Source: a virus
Length of the DNA stretch: 64,000 nucleotides
Virus record (IMG/VR): IMGVR_UViG_3300027763_000027
Span: 1-64,000 of that record
Reading direction: 5' to 3' (one strand)
Shown here: positions 18,775 through 29,175 of the stretch, one piece after another
How positions within the stretch are numbered: position 1 is the stretch's first letter
Layout: every line of letters starts with the position of its first letter
Position numbers and translations under genes: made by a program
The notes under the pieces: model-generated
What the model was told of the DNA's origin: nothing
What the model saw: the letters and a program-made list of their open reading frames with translations, nothing else
Database searches by the model: none

Positions 18775-20412
18775 ATGGCATATACATTTACAGATGCAAC
18801 TTTATTAAGTTATCAAGTAAATAAAAATTACTTGGGAGAAGGCGTTGCCTCTTTGAATGAAAGAGTTAAAATTACTATTAAGGGTATCTTTGATAATAGA
18901 TTAACAAACTCTAAAGGCTATGGCGTTAAAGCTACGATTGATAATATTAAAAACTTATTGTTGACTACATCAAATGTTTATGATGATATCATTGTAAATA
19001 ATTTTAATCTTGGTAAGGGTATTATCACTAATATATCTTTTCCAAAAGATAATCCAATTATTTTTGGAGATTATAGTTACGACATAGAAATAATAAACAG
19101 TACGGATTTTTCTAATATTCCTACTGGTAGTACAACTTATGGGTCTACTTTATCTTCTTTAAAAGATTTGATAAATACTTTTGATGAAAAATTTGATTTT
19201 AATTACGGTCAAGATGGGACTTACACGTGCAGCCACTCTATTACTTTGCAATACTTTAATGATAAAACAGATGTTATTGCAAAATGTAAGACTTTAGCCA
19301 ACGCATTATTTAATGAAAATTTATCATTAGGATTAATCGGCAAATTTGCTGGTCAATACGCATCTTTAAAAACTAAAAAGAATTATTATTCTGAAAGTTA
19401 TGATTTAGTAACTAAGACATGTACTTTTACAAAAGAAATAGAAATAAATGAAAATACATTATCTTCTTATTCTAATTCTATATCTCATTCATTAACTTTT
19501 AGTGAAAACGGAAAAACAACAATACAAGAGCAAGGGTTAATAAAAGCTCTTGACGATACCCAATCTTTTACTGCAGAAAATTATTTTAATACAGAAATAA
19601 ATAATTCTTTTTCAAGATGTCAACAATTTTTTAATAGTTATGCCACAAAATATTCACTAGGTTCCGTGGATTCTCTTATCAACGCTTCATATGAGCTGGG
19701 AAAAACAATTAATCTAGTAGATAATAGTTTGGGATATTCCATATCATATACAAATGATCTGAGCGCAGAACAGAATTTGATTCACACTTATTCTAAAGTA
19801 GTAAATACAAATCAAGAGGGTGTTACCACTGTATCAGAAGAAGGAGAGATAAGTTTAAAAGCTATATTGGGAACCATAGTGAATTTAAACCAATTTAAGG
19901 TAAAATACCTAACGGCAAAATTACGAATAGATAATGATCCTTTATACGCGGGTTATAATAAATCTCGTGCCTCAATGAGCTATGAAAAAATTGCATCTTC
20001 TAATTATGGAAATAAATTTACTTATAGAATAGAAAAAAATAATGAAAAGAAAAATGCTCTTGCAGATAACTCAGTTTATAAAAGTTTACAGCTCTCAATA
20101 CAGGACGATAAACCCGCTGAGATATATAAAGAATATATCATTGCGAATAGAATTCCAAAAAATGTACTTTTTACTTTAGGAAACCAAGTACAAATGGGAA
20201 CTCGAACAGTTCAAATAAATGGAACTTTAACTAAACCTGCCTCAGACGTATGGAGTACGCCAAGAATTTTTCCTTTGAGTGACTTAAAAAGTATAGCGAT
20301 TAATAATGGTCTTGTTGGTATAAGCAAAGATGCTTATATAAGTGAAGTATCATATGGATACGGGTCTAGTAATGATTTCTCATTCACTATGACTTTAATG
20401 TATTTGGTATAA
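18775..20412 (+). CDS. Tail-tip/baseplate structural protein
   Basis: Follows the tape measure; beta-rich 545 aa. Confidence 0.55.
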   Translation: MAYTFTDATLLSYQVNKNYLGEGVASLNERVKITIKGIFDNRLTNSKGYGVKATIDNIKNLLLTTSNVYDDIIVNNFNLGKGIITNISFPKDNPIIFGDYSYDIEIINSTDFSNIPTGSTTYGSTLSSLKDLINTFDEKFDFNYGQDGTYTCSHSITLQYFNDKTDVIAKCKTLANALFNENLSLGLIGKFAGQYASLKTKKNYYSESYDLVTKTCTFTKEIEINENTLSSYSNSISHSLTFSENGKTTIQEQGLIKALDDTQSFTAENYFNTEINNSFSRCQQFFNSYATKYSLGSVDSLINASYELGKTINLVDNSLGYSISYTNDLSAEQNLIHTYSKVVNTNQEGVTTVSEEGEISLKAILGTIVNLNQFKVKYLTAKLRIDNDPLYAGYNKSRASMSYEKIASSNYGNKFTYRIEKNNEKKNALADNSVYKSLQLSIQDDKPAEIYKEYIIANRIPKNVLFTLGNQVQMGTRTVQINGTLTKPASDVWSTPRIFPLSDLKSIAINNGLVGISKDAYISEVSYGYGSSNDFSFTMTLMYLV

Positions 20413-20416
20413 ATAT

Positions 20417-22069
20417 ATGGCGACTAATTATATAAAATACAACTCAAATCAATTAATTTATCCAACCCCATTAGTTGAGTTGTCTAGAGAAAATGCGTAT
20501 GATAATAATCATTTAGGTTTTGTCGACAAAATTACTTTGAAAGGCCAACTAACTGGAAATTTTTATCAATTACAAACTGGCCAAAGCGGAATATTAAATA
20601 TCTTTAATAAAAATTTTGGATTATTTGAGATTTATGAAGAAACTCCTAGGGGTAGTAGCGTGATATTTGAAAAAATTTATGAAAAAAGTGGAATCAATAT
20701 TACGTCTATATCCTTTGAAGAATCAGCTTATAATGGTATGTTGAATTATACAGTTGAATTAAATTCGTCAACAATGAGTGGAAATGTTGTAAATCCAGTG
20801 AATCAATATAATTTTGTAGAAAATAAAGATAAAACAATATCTTTATCTCATAGCATTTCTGCGCAAGGAATAAATACGGCTAGTTATCCATCTAAATCTA
20901 ATGCATTAGAAAATGCGATAAGTTTTGTGACACAAAATACTGGGCTAGCAAACGTACCAACGATAAAATTTATAAGTGGCGCAAGCAATAATTTTTATTT
21001 ACAAAATATTTCAGAATCTATAGATCGCTTAAACGCTATATACTCTATAGATGAATCTTATACTAGTAGTTTATTAAGTACTGGAAGTTCAGGAATTTTA
21101 AAATATTCTATCGACATTTCTTCTGGCGTAGCAGCTGATTCATTAAGTTTATCGATAAAAGGGAGTTATAAAGGGGCGTTAGGTGGTAATATAAATGATT
21201 TAAGAAATAGTTTAAATGTAACTAAATTGGTATCTGGAGCATACTCTAGTTATTTTAATCCAATACCAATTAATTATAGTATTTCAGAGAATACTGGGGA
21301 AAATATAATAAATTTTGATTATTCTTTTGATAATATCAATTTACCAAATCCATACTTTAAATACGACACAAGTGTAGAAAAAGATGATATCGAACAAGTT
21401 ATAAAAGTAGATATAAACGCGAGTATTATTACTAGAGGAAATAGATATAATAGATATTTATTATCCCAAGCCGCTCAAGCTTCTTTAAATACTGGTCTTT
21501 TTGCTATTGCAAGCGGAGCAGTATTAGATTTTAAAGATTTTAATAGCGATACAGGATACTATAAATTAAGATTACAGAATATAGAGTTTATAGATAATCC
21601 AAATGAGGGAGTCATAACGGCAAAAGCCTCTTATGATGATAAACCCATGCCAAGTGGAGACGACCCAGCAATCGCTGATTCTTCTTTTCAAATATCTGTT
21701 CAAGCCCCATGCTGGTATATGGTTGGCGTGCCAGCAATTAATCAAAGAGGTTACTATATTATAAATGATTTTGATATTACTACATTACCAAAATGCACAA
21801 TCGAATCAACCGTATCAATAAAAGATGGGACATCTCAGGGTTCAACTACATCTATACAAAATAATATTAAAAATTCAATCGGAATAATTTCGCCTAGCGA
21901 CTATAATTTTAATATAACTATAAAAGAATCTTTTTCCGAAGAAAGAGCAAATTTAGATCAAACCTCTAATTTGACGCAACCAATTTTAAACACAAAAAAT
22001 GTAAATTATAAAATTGAAAAAGTATGCACGACTAACCAAAGCTCTATTTTTCCAAAGATATATCAATGA
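20417..22069 (+). CDS. Tail-tip/baseplate structural protein
   Basis: Similar size and composition to the previous gene; both have ITxISF and HSI(S/T) elements, possible paralogue. Confidence 0.55.
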   Translation: MATNYIKYNSNQLIYPTPLVELSRENAYDNNHLGFVDKITLKGQLTGNFYQLQTGQSGILNIFNKNFGLFEIYEETPRGSSVIFEKIYEKSGINITSISFEESAYNGMLNYTVELNSSTMSGNVVNPVNQYNFVENKDKTISLSHSISAQGINTASYPSKSNALENAISFVTQNTGLANVPTIKFISGASNNFYLQNISESIDRLNAIYSIDESYTSSLLSTGSSGILKYSIDISSGVAADSLSLSIKGSYKGALGGNINDLRNSLNVTKLVSGAYSSYFNPIPINYSISENTGENIINFDYSFDNINLPNPYFKYDTSVEKDDIEQVIKVDINASIITRGNRYNRYLLSQAAQASLNTGLFAIASGAVLDFKDFNSDTGYYKLRLQNIEFIDNPNEGVITAKASYDDKPMPSGDDPAIADSSFQISVQAPCWYMVGVPAINQRGYYIINDFDITTLPKCTIESTVSIKDGTSQGSTTSIQNNIKNSIGIISPSDYNFNITIKESFSEERANLDQTSNLTQPILNTKNVNYKIEKVCTTNQSSIFPKIYQ

Positions 22070-23874
22070 ACTTATCATATTTAAATAACTATTTTTCTGA
22101 TAAATCTTTGAATAAAGATGCTATACAGTTATATTATGATTTTGATCAAGTATCTGGAGTCTTCTTGAAGAATAAAATTTATGAAAATGAAGTGCAATTT
22201 TATCCTGTCGCACAAGGATTTTCTATAAATAAAAAATATTCGCCAGCTTTCTTCAATACAAAATATGGCCAAGTTAGTTTTACTGGTTCAGGTGTTTTTC
22301 AGGGCACGAATACAATGCAAATTTTTGAAGAATCTACTTCTGCTGATAATAGTCTATTTATTAATTTTGGAAGATTGAATTGTAATAAAAATTTTACTTT
22401 AAATGGTGATTTAATTTCTATACCAACTGGAAAAATACAAACATTAGGCTATATAAAATCAAAAAATAATACAAACCCATTTCAAATTATATTAGGGTTA
22501 AATGACGCAAATGATCTTACTCTTGAGTTTTCTGGGGGCACAGAATCTTACAAAACAGTAACTCCCAAGGAGTTATCTTTTCAGAATATTTGTTGTTTAA
22601 AATTTGGGCGTAATATCTTGGAGCTTAATTATTATGATATTATAGAAAATGAAACTCATAAGTCTAGAATAGATATAACTGGAAATTACTTTGAACAAAA
22701 TAAACAGCTGTATATTGGTAATGTAGGTTCTGGTTTTCTAGATCAAAATTATACTGGATTTTTTGGAACTGTCGATGACATTTTATTACTTAATAATATT
22801 CCAGATGATGCGCAAAGCTTTGGGCTTGCTAAATTATTTATAAAAACTGGTGAATATATTGATGTAGTTAATCTAACTGGATTAACATTTAATGTTATTA
22901 GTAATGCTTTTTTAAATCCTACAGGTATAATTGGAGTAGGAATAAATGGTTATCAAGATATAAAAATTGAAGAAGCTTTAGTAAGTGGTTCTTTAACTGG
23001 TATTTATATACAGTCTGGCGTTACAGGGAATATTACTGGAGAAACAATAGAAATTCAGACTTCTACTCAGTCTGTAATATCTAATACTGGGCAAATTATC
23101 ACAAAATACGAACTATATGATGAAAAGTACTCTTCTAATTTTACAAAAGATAATATCATTTTTAATAAAAAAACAGATGACCAAGACATTTTTGAAATTC
23201 AATTTTATTTAGATTCTCAAATAAAAATTAGTCATTTTGACTACTCTAATGTATCTGATATATATGTAGCTAAAGATAATGTATCAGATAAAAACAACTC
23301 TATATATATTAACGGAATTCGATTAGTATCTGGGATAAATTATGAATATACACAACCAAATGTTTTTATTACTAACGATTACCCTAAAGGAGACTCTAAC
23401 GACTTAGCTTTTTATACCGTTTCTAGTCTAACAGGAAATAAAGTTTATCAAACAGATTTTAATAGGTCTTCTGAGTCTGGAGACTACTATTTAGCTTATT
23501 CTTTTTCGGATAATAATTCTAATTGGGGTAGATCAAATATATTCTTAAATGGGCAAAAATTAATATCTGGATTTAATTATCTTATCGCTGGGCAAAATTT
23601 AAATAATCTTTATTTATATAAAAATTTACCAACTGGGTCACTTACTATTGTAAAAGACAATTTTATCTCAGGGGTAACGGGAAATAATACTAAAATATAC
23701 AATTCGTCTTTGAAGTATAACAATGAGCAGATTTGGCTTAATGGAATATACCAGTACAAGGGGATTGATTATATATTATCTTCTTGTTATAATTCATTAA
23801 TGAGCGCTTCTGGAGATATAGAGGTCAAAGAGAACTATATATTCGATAATGAATATTACAGATTTAATTTATAA
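22066..23874 (+). CDS. Virion structural protein (LamG/ConA-like N-terminal part, NG-repeat C-terminal part)
   Basis: LYYDF...LYIG...FFGTVDD pattern; repeated (I/L)NG motifs IYINGIRL, IFLNGQKL, IWLNGIYQ. Confidence 0.5.
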   Translation: MNLSYLNNYFSDKSLNKDAIQLYYDFDQVSGVFLKNKIYENEVQFYPVAQGFSINKKYSPAFFNTKYGQVSFTGSGVFQGTNTMQIFEESTSADNSLFINFGRLNCNKNFTLNGDLISIPTGKIQTLGYIKSKNNTNPFQIILGLNDANDLTLEFSGGTESYKTVTPKELSFQNICCLKFGRNILELNYYDIIENETHKSRIDITGNYFEQNKQLYIGNVGSGFLDQNYTGFFGTVDDILLLNNIPDDAQSFGLAKLFIKTGEYIDVVNLTGLTFNVISNAFLNPTGIIGVGINGYQDIKIEEALVSGSLTGIYIQSGVTGNITGETIEIQTSTQSVISNTGQIITKYELYDEKYSSNFTKDNIIFNKKTDDQDIFEIQFYLDSQIKISHFDYSNVSDIYVAKDNVSDKNNSIYINGIRLVSGINYEYTQPNVFITNDYPKGDSNDLAFYTVSSLTGNKVYQTDFNRSSESGDYYLAYSFSDNNSNWGRSNIFLNGQKLISGFNYLIAGQNLNNLYLYKNLPTGSLTIVKDNFISGVTGNNTKIYNSSLKYNNEQIWLNGIYQYKGIDYILSSCYNSLMSASGDIEVKENYIFDNEYYRFNL

Positions 23875-23880
23875 GTGTAA
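23875..23880 (+). promoter_or_regulatory. GTGTAA motif, putative late promoter
   Basis: Immediately after the stop at 23874, before the ATG at 23911. Confidence 0.55.
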
Positions 23881-23910
23881 TTACTAATTACAAAGGTATA
23901 AGGGATTAAT

Positions 23911-25956
23911 ATGGCTGTAAAATTTATAGATAGCATCCAGATTGGAGGCAACGCCCCTGGGCAATTTGCTGGGGGCTATATCTATTCTATGAATATGACT
24001 CAAGGTTATGCTGAAGAAATTAATAAGTTAACTATTGATGTTGTTTATGAAAACTCCTCTGTGAATCCAAGTTTTCCAACTAAAGATCTTGTCTCTTCAT
24101 TTTCCATAAGTGTCGGTAGATTAAATTTCCCAAAAATGCATTTTCTTTCGAGCTCGGTGAGTAAAAGCTTGGGTCAAACCACTGCTTCTTGTACTTTTGT
24201 AGATGATTCTGTAAAGTTAGATAGATATTATGTTGGTTTATATAATAGGCATGGAAAAGAAAGCGCTGGAAATTTGATAATTGTTGGATCTCCGCAAGCA
24301 AATACCGATGCTCCATGTAGCGCTGATGATATCAATTATAGAATTGACGAATTAATGTCAAAAATATCTGGTATAATTAATATAAATAGATCGTTTGGTT
24401 ACCTTAACACTTTAAATTACACAGGTACAATAAGACAAGTTTTATCTAATATAGGGAGCGATTTTGGTTTTAGCTTTTATTGGGATATGATGCAGGACAA
24501 ATTAGTATTTGTAGATTTAAAAAATGGAATAAATTTATCTAATGTAGAATCTATATCTAATAATACTTCAATTCCACTTGCTGATTTTAAAAGTGAAGAG
24601 ACCCTAGAAGGAACTTATGCAAAAGGTTTTTCTAATTTTTCAGCAAAAAATGGAGGAGTAAAAGAGGTTACTTATAAAGAGTGGAGTAGACTCACTTACG
24701 TAAATATACCAGCAAATATAACAAACCTCGCTCAATGTTTTTTAGCTTCAGTGAACCCAACTTTACGAACCCTTTACGCTTTAAGTGAAGGTAGATATTC
24801 TCAAGCAGGAGTTTTTGGTTTTAATCCTTTTAATGGAGCTACGTTTTCATATATTGACACAATTTTTAACTCTTTTATAAACGAAATTCGTGCAAGAGGT
24901 TTTCCGCATGTTATTGGGGCTTGCGATTCTATAGATTCAGAAGGAGAGAAAGCAATAACGCAATTAGAAGCGAATGAATTTCAAAACTATGGGAAATATT
25001 ATCGAAAAACTAATATAGTCACTATTGCGCCAGATATTTGCGGTTCAGAATATTCTAGAAAAATAACCTCTACTTTTTGGCCTGGAAATGATAGTATTTC
25101 TAACCAAGCGTGGGGTTCTGCTTCTGCTCCAGATTTTACAAGAAATCCAAATACCACAGTTGAGGGTTGGCTTCCTTATCAATTAGATCCTTTATTTCTG
25201 CCAGTTACAGACGAATTAGCTGATCAATTGCTTCAGTTTTCTTTAAGAAAAGGATTTCGCAGCCAAGACTTTTTTTTACGTGGAAAAACATTAATAGCTT
25301 TTCCAAAAATAAGTGTTACAGTAAGTAGTGGAGAAAATCCTAATGAAGAAGCTTTTCAACCCGCAGTATATAGTGATAGTGCTACAGGAGAAGATCCCAG
25401 TTGTTTAAGGTGTGCCAGAAGAACTAGCAACACTCCAGCGGCTACTAACTCAGAATTAACTACTCCAGGCAGAGGATTAAATAGTAAAAGATGTTCTATA
25501 GTAAACGTTACTACTCCAGGAGGGGGAAGACTAATTGGCTATTTACCATCAACAGATATGTACTTTGGGTACGTTCAGGTCGATGTCACAGAATCGTATA
25601 ACGATTCAGCAAGCTCATCTATTGATGGGGGCGGTCTTACTGTGCCAAGCACTGCGATGCAGTACGAGCATACAGCGGTAGATATAACTAATAAATCAGA
25701 ATTAGATAAGGCAGTAAAAGAAATGGCCTATTCAGCTTTACCTCTAAAAAATATATCATTTAAAATTATTGGTACAGATTATGGAAGTATAGCCAACATA
25801 ATGAACGCTGAATCTGGGTTAACCGCATTTTCAATTTATTTAGATGATACTGGAATTTTTAGTAATTTTACGTATCAAAGTAGACCACCAACTGCACCAG
25901 CTGCAGAAATAATTATGGAAAAAGTTTCTACAAGAAAAGTGACTATAACAGGATAG
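23911..25956 (+). CDS. Putative baseplate hub/tail-tip protein
   Basis: YTGTIRQVLSNIGSDFGFSFYWD resembles hub proteins; position in the module. Confidence 0.5.
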   Translation: MAVKFIDSIQIGGNAPGQFAGGYIYSMNMTQGYAEEINKLTIDVVYENSSVNPSFPTKDLVSSFSISVGRLNFPKMHFLSSSVSKSLGQTTASCTFVDDSVKLDRYYVGLYNRHGKESAGNLIIVGSPQANTDAPCSADDINYRIDELMSKISGIININRSFGYLNTLNYTGTIRQVLSNIGSDFGFSFYWDMMQDKLVFVDLKNGINLSNVESISNNTSIPLADFKSEETLEGTYAKGFSNFSAKNGGVKEVTYKEWSRLTYVNIPANITNLAQCFLASVNPTLRTLYALSEGRYSQAGVFGFNPFNGATFSYIDTIFNSFINEIRARGFPHVIGACDSIDSEGEKAITQLEANEFQNYGKYYRKTNIVTIAPDICGSEYSRKITSTFWPGNDSISNQAWGSASAPDFTRNPNTTVEGWLPYQLDPLFLPVTDELADQLLQFSLRKGFRSQDFFLRGKTLIAFPKISVTVSSGENPNEEAFQPAVYSDSATGEDPSCLRCARRTSNTPAATNSELTTPGRGLNSKRCSIVNVTTPGGGRLIGYLPSTDMYFGYVQVDVTESYNDSASSSIDGGGLTVPSTAMQYEHTAVDITNKSELDKAVKEMAYSALPLKNISFKIIGTDYGSIANIMNAESGLTAFSIYLDDTGIFSNFTYQSRPPTAPAAEIIMEKVSTRKVTITG

Positions 25957-25959
25957 TTT

Positions 25960-28773
25960 ATGATATTTTCTGGAAATAATAATTTATCCTTAAATCATCA
26001 AACAGGTTTAAGCTTTTCTATAGATTTAAAATTTAATAATTCTTCTGGTTATTGCGAATTAGGTTTTTCTGGTTTAAATCCTAGCGCTATACCAAAAGAA
26101 AAAGTGAGTTATATTTTTGATAAATCCAAACTTTATGATCCAGAAGGCAGACTAATTTATTTTTATAAAAACGACCAATCTATTAATTTGTCTGGTAGTA
26201 TAAATCCTATCTCTTATTCTTATTATATAGATGGAAACCTACTATGTTTAAATGGTAAAAAACAACCATTTAATTTAAATAAATTTTATTTAAATACTAG
26301 TGGATGTACGGTTGACGCGGATCTAAAGATACTTGGAGACGTACCTAATTATAATATAAGTTTAAATAAATTCAATGTAAGTGGGCTTCTAACTGGTACA
26401 ATTAATAATAACTCTTTATCTCAATTTAAGATTTATAGCGGTGTCGTAACTGCCCCAACTGGATTTTCAGTTAATTCTATTAATTTAGATGTTTTGACTG
26501 GAAATATTCCATCTTTTATTATAATAAACACGTTAAATGCAACGAAAAATCAAATAAATGACGGCACGGTATATCCTATCACTCTAAATTTATATACAAA
26601 TTTTGGTTTAATAAGTAGAATCTATAATGCTACTGGAAACTTTATTAAAGATCTTCAAGTAATTTTAAATTTAAATCAAGGGTTCGATTTCGATGTTATC
26701 AATTCCGTAAGTGGTATAAACGATATTAAAAATCAAGAATATAATTTAAATTTTTATATAAAAAGTGGATCAAATAATAATTTACCTAAAAATTTAAGTT
26801 TAAATTTAGAATATTTTGGAGGTAAAACTGGTTTATTTTATCAAGACATACTTGGTACAGGAATACAGAATGTTATTTTAACTGGTTTAATTACTGGTAG
26901 TAGTACACTAAGTAAAATAGTAAGTATGACGGCTACTGGATATGATTTTTTATCTAATCTAGAAAAAACTGGATACATAACTGGTGTAGCGCAAGGTTTA
27001 TTTTTTGCAACTGGGTTGAATTCAACTTCTGGATCTTTATCTAGCACTGGATTTTTTAATGGAAATTTAATTTATAAAAATATATTTTTTAATAAAAGTG
27101 GATTTTCAATAAATGGTATAAATGATTATTCAAATAGTTTTGTTAATGATTATCATTATTATGAAAATAAAGTTTTAACTGGTTCTAGTTCTAATAATAA
27201 CTTTTTATTCGGATCCAATATCGCTTCTAATCATGATCATAGTATTCTAGCTATATCTGCGCCATCTGGAAATATAGGCAATTACACTGGAGCTGGTTTA
27301 GTTTATATTTTTACAGGAAATAATAATTGGATTCAAACCGCTATTCTGTCTGGGAGCAACGCAACTACTGGAGATAATTTTGGATATGCTTTAAGCATGA
27401 ATGATAGCGGGACTGTTTTAGCGATAAGTTCACCAAATAAAAATTTAAATACAGGTATTAACACTTTAACTGGCGCAGGCGCAGTTTATATATTTAATAA
27501 AAATAATTCAAATTGGACAGAATCAACAATAATAACTGGAAGTGGGTCTCACGCAGGACAAAGATTTGGTCATTCTTTGGAGTTAAGTAAAGATGGAAAT
27601 ATTCTAGTGGTTGGCACGCCAAATAAAGATTTAATTACAGGTTTTAATACTTATATTGGAGCGGGGGTAGCATCTATCTTTGCTTATCAAACAAACGTTT
27701 GGAGAGAATTACAACAAGTAAATGCAAGTAATCCAGAAGACCAGGATGGTTTTGGCCATTCGGTTTCATTAAGCAGTGATGGATACGTCATAGGGATAGG
27801 AGCCACGGGTAAATATGTAGAATCATATCAAAATTTAGGATCTTTACATCTATTCAAAGGTAACCAATTTAATATAGATTATTGGCAAGAAGAGGCAATA
27901 CTAACTGGAAATAATTCTTCTGCTAGAGATAGTTTGGGCTATTCAATAAAAGTAAGTTATGATGGAAATACAATTTTGTCCAGTAGTATAAAAAATAATT
28001 CTAATGCTGGATATGCCTATGTCTTCACTGGGGATATGTTTGGTGAGTTTGATTATAAACAATCCCAAAGATTGCAGTCTTCAGATTCATCTGCTGGAGA
28101 TAATTTTGGATATTCTTTAACAATGAATAAAAGTGCTAACTTATTATGTATAAGTTCTCCATATGATAGTTATTCTAATTTAACTAGTGGCGGAAGCTGT
28201 TACATTTTTGAAAAAAATAACTTTTCATGGACAGAAAAACAAAAAATAACAGGAAATATCAATTATACTCAAAGTTATAATAAATTCGGAAATATAGTAT
28301 CTTTGAATAATGATGGGACCAATTTATTGGTTGGATCAGAACTATTTGATACTGGTTCTTATAATAATATTGGTTCAGTCTATAATTTTAAAAATGTAAA
28401 TTTAACTGGTTATTTGGGTGAAATAACTGGGACAGGTATAGTTTCATATAATTCAATTGTATTTGCTACTGGTAATATAACTGGGTTACCTTACAATAAA
28501 ACATTCTTTGATGTTTTCGATATGCAAACTGGCTATTATATAAATAATCAATTAACTGGAATCAAAAGCTTTAAAACTGGGAATCTTATATTAAATCAAA
28601 GTTATAAAAGCTCTGGAATAATAGACCCTTTAATTGATTCTATATATTTATCAATAAAAGCTAAAAATTATCCAGACAATGAAGCGATAACTGGTAAATT
28701 AATCATAAGTGGTTACGACAATGCTAATGATAATAATAGTGTAATTATTAATTATATAACAGGAAAGAAATAA
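25960..28773 (+). CDS. Tail protein with FG-GAP-like beta-propeller (candidate receptor-binding protein)
   Basis: Seven repeats of FG(Y/H/S)xxxxSxDGxxLxx(G/S)xP...G(A/S)VY(I/V)F. Confidence 0.8.
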   Translation: MIFSGNNNLSLNHQTGLSFSIDLKFNNSSGYCELGFSGLNPSAIPKEKVSYIFDKSKLYDPEGRLIYFYKNDQSINLSGSINPISYSYYIDGNLLCLNGKKQPFNLNKFYLNTSGCTVDADLKILGDVPNYNISLNKFNVSGLLTGTINNNSLSQFKIYSGVVTAPTGFSVNSINLDVLTGNIPSFIIINTLNATKNQINDGTVYPITLNLYTNFGLISRIYNATGNFIKDLQVILNLNQGFDFDVINSVSGINDIKNQEYNLNFYIKSGSNNNLPKNLSLNLEYFGGKTGLFYQDILGTGIQNVILTGLITGSSTLSKIVSMTATGYDFLSNLEKTGYITGVAQGLFFATGLNSTSGSLSSTGFFNGNLIYKNIFFNKSGFSINGINDYSNSFVNDYHYYENKVLTGSSSNNNFLFGSNIASNHDHSILAISAPSGNIGNYTGAGLVYIFTGNNNWIQTAILSGSNATTGDNFGYALSMNDSGTVLAISSPNKNLNTGINTLTGAGAVYIFNKNNSNWTESTIITGSGSHAGQRFGHSLELSKDGNILVVGTPNKDLITGFNTYIGAGVASIFAYQTNVWRELQQVNASNPEDQDGFGHSVSLSSDGYVIGIGATGKYVESYQNLGSLHLFKGNQFNIDYWQEEAILTGNNSSARDSLGYSIKVSYDGNTILSSSIKNNSNAGYAYVFTGDMFGEFDYKQSQRLQSSDSSAGDNFGYSLTMNKSANLLCISSPYDSYSNLTSGGSCYIFEKNNFSWTEKQKITGNINYTQSYNKFGNIVSLNNDGTNLLVGSELFDTGSYNNIGSVYNFKNVNLTGYLGEITGTGIVSYNSIVFATGNITGLPYNKTFFDVFDMQTGYYINNQLTGIKSFKTGNLILNQSYKSSGIIDPLIDSIYLSIKAKNYPDNEAITGKLIISGYDNANDNNSVIINYITGKK

Positions 28774-28776
28774 TCT

Positions 28777-29175
28777 ATGGGATGGTATAAATCATCTAAT
28801 TATAAAGCCAGCTCTTCTAGTCTTTTGAGTGGATCTGTTGGTGATTTGATCGTGCAAAGCGGAGTTTTTGTTGATGGGCAGCTGCAAGTAAACAGTGAAT
28901 ATATCAATGCTTATTATAAACCAGCTGTACCCGAAGCCCTCAACAACTATACTTATTATGAAGGACTGGGGGCATTTTTAACTATTAAAGAACAAAGATT
29001 AAGTAATGGAGGTATATATAAAATGCCTGTTTGGTCTAATAAACCTCTTTCTTCTACAAACTTTCCAACTGGTGTTACTGTAAGTGGATATTTATATAAC
29101 CCTCTCCGAATGCAAGTTTGTAATGGCGGGATAAATACAGTTATAGAAGTATTAGCGAGAATAGTACCTAGCTAA
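28777..29175 (+). CDS. Small hypothetical structural protein, last gene of the + strand module
   Basis: 132-aa ORF; 3' end overlaps the convergent gene. Confidence 0.65.
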   Translation: MGWYKSSNYKASSSSLLSGSVGDLIVQSGVFVDGQLQVNSEYINAYYKPAVPEALNNYTYYEGLGAFLTIKEQRLSNGGIYKMPVWSNKPLSSTNFPTGVTVSGYLYNPLRMQVCNGGINTVIEVLARIVPS

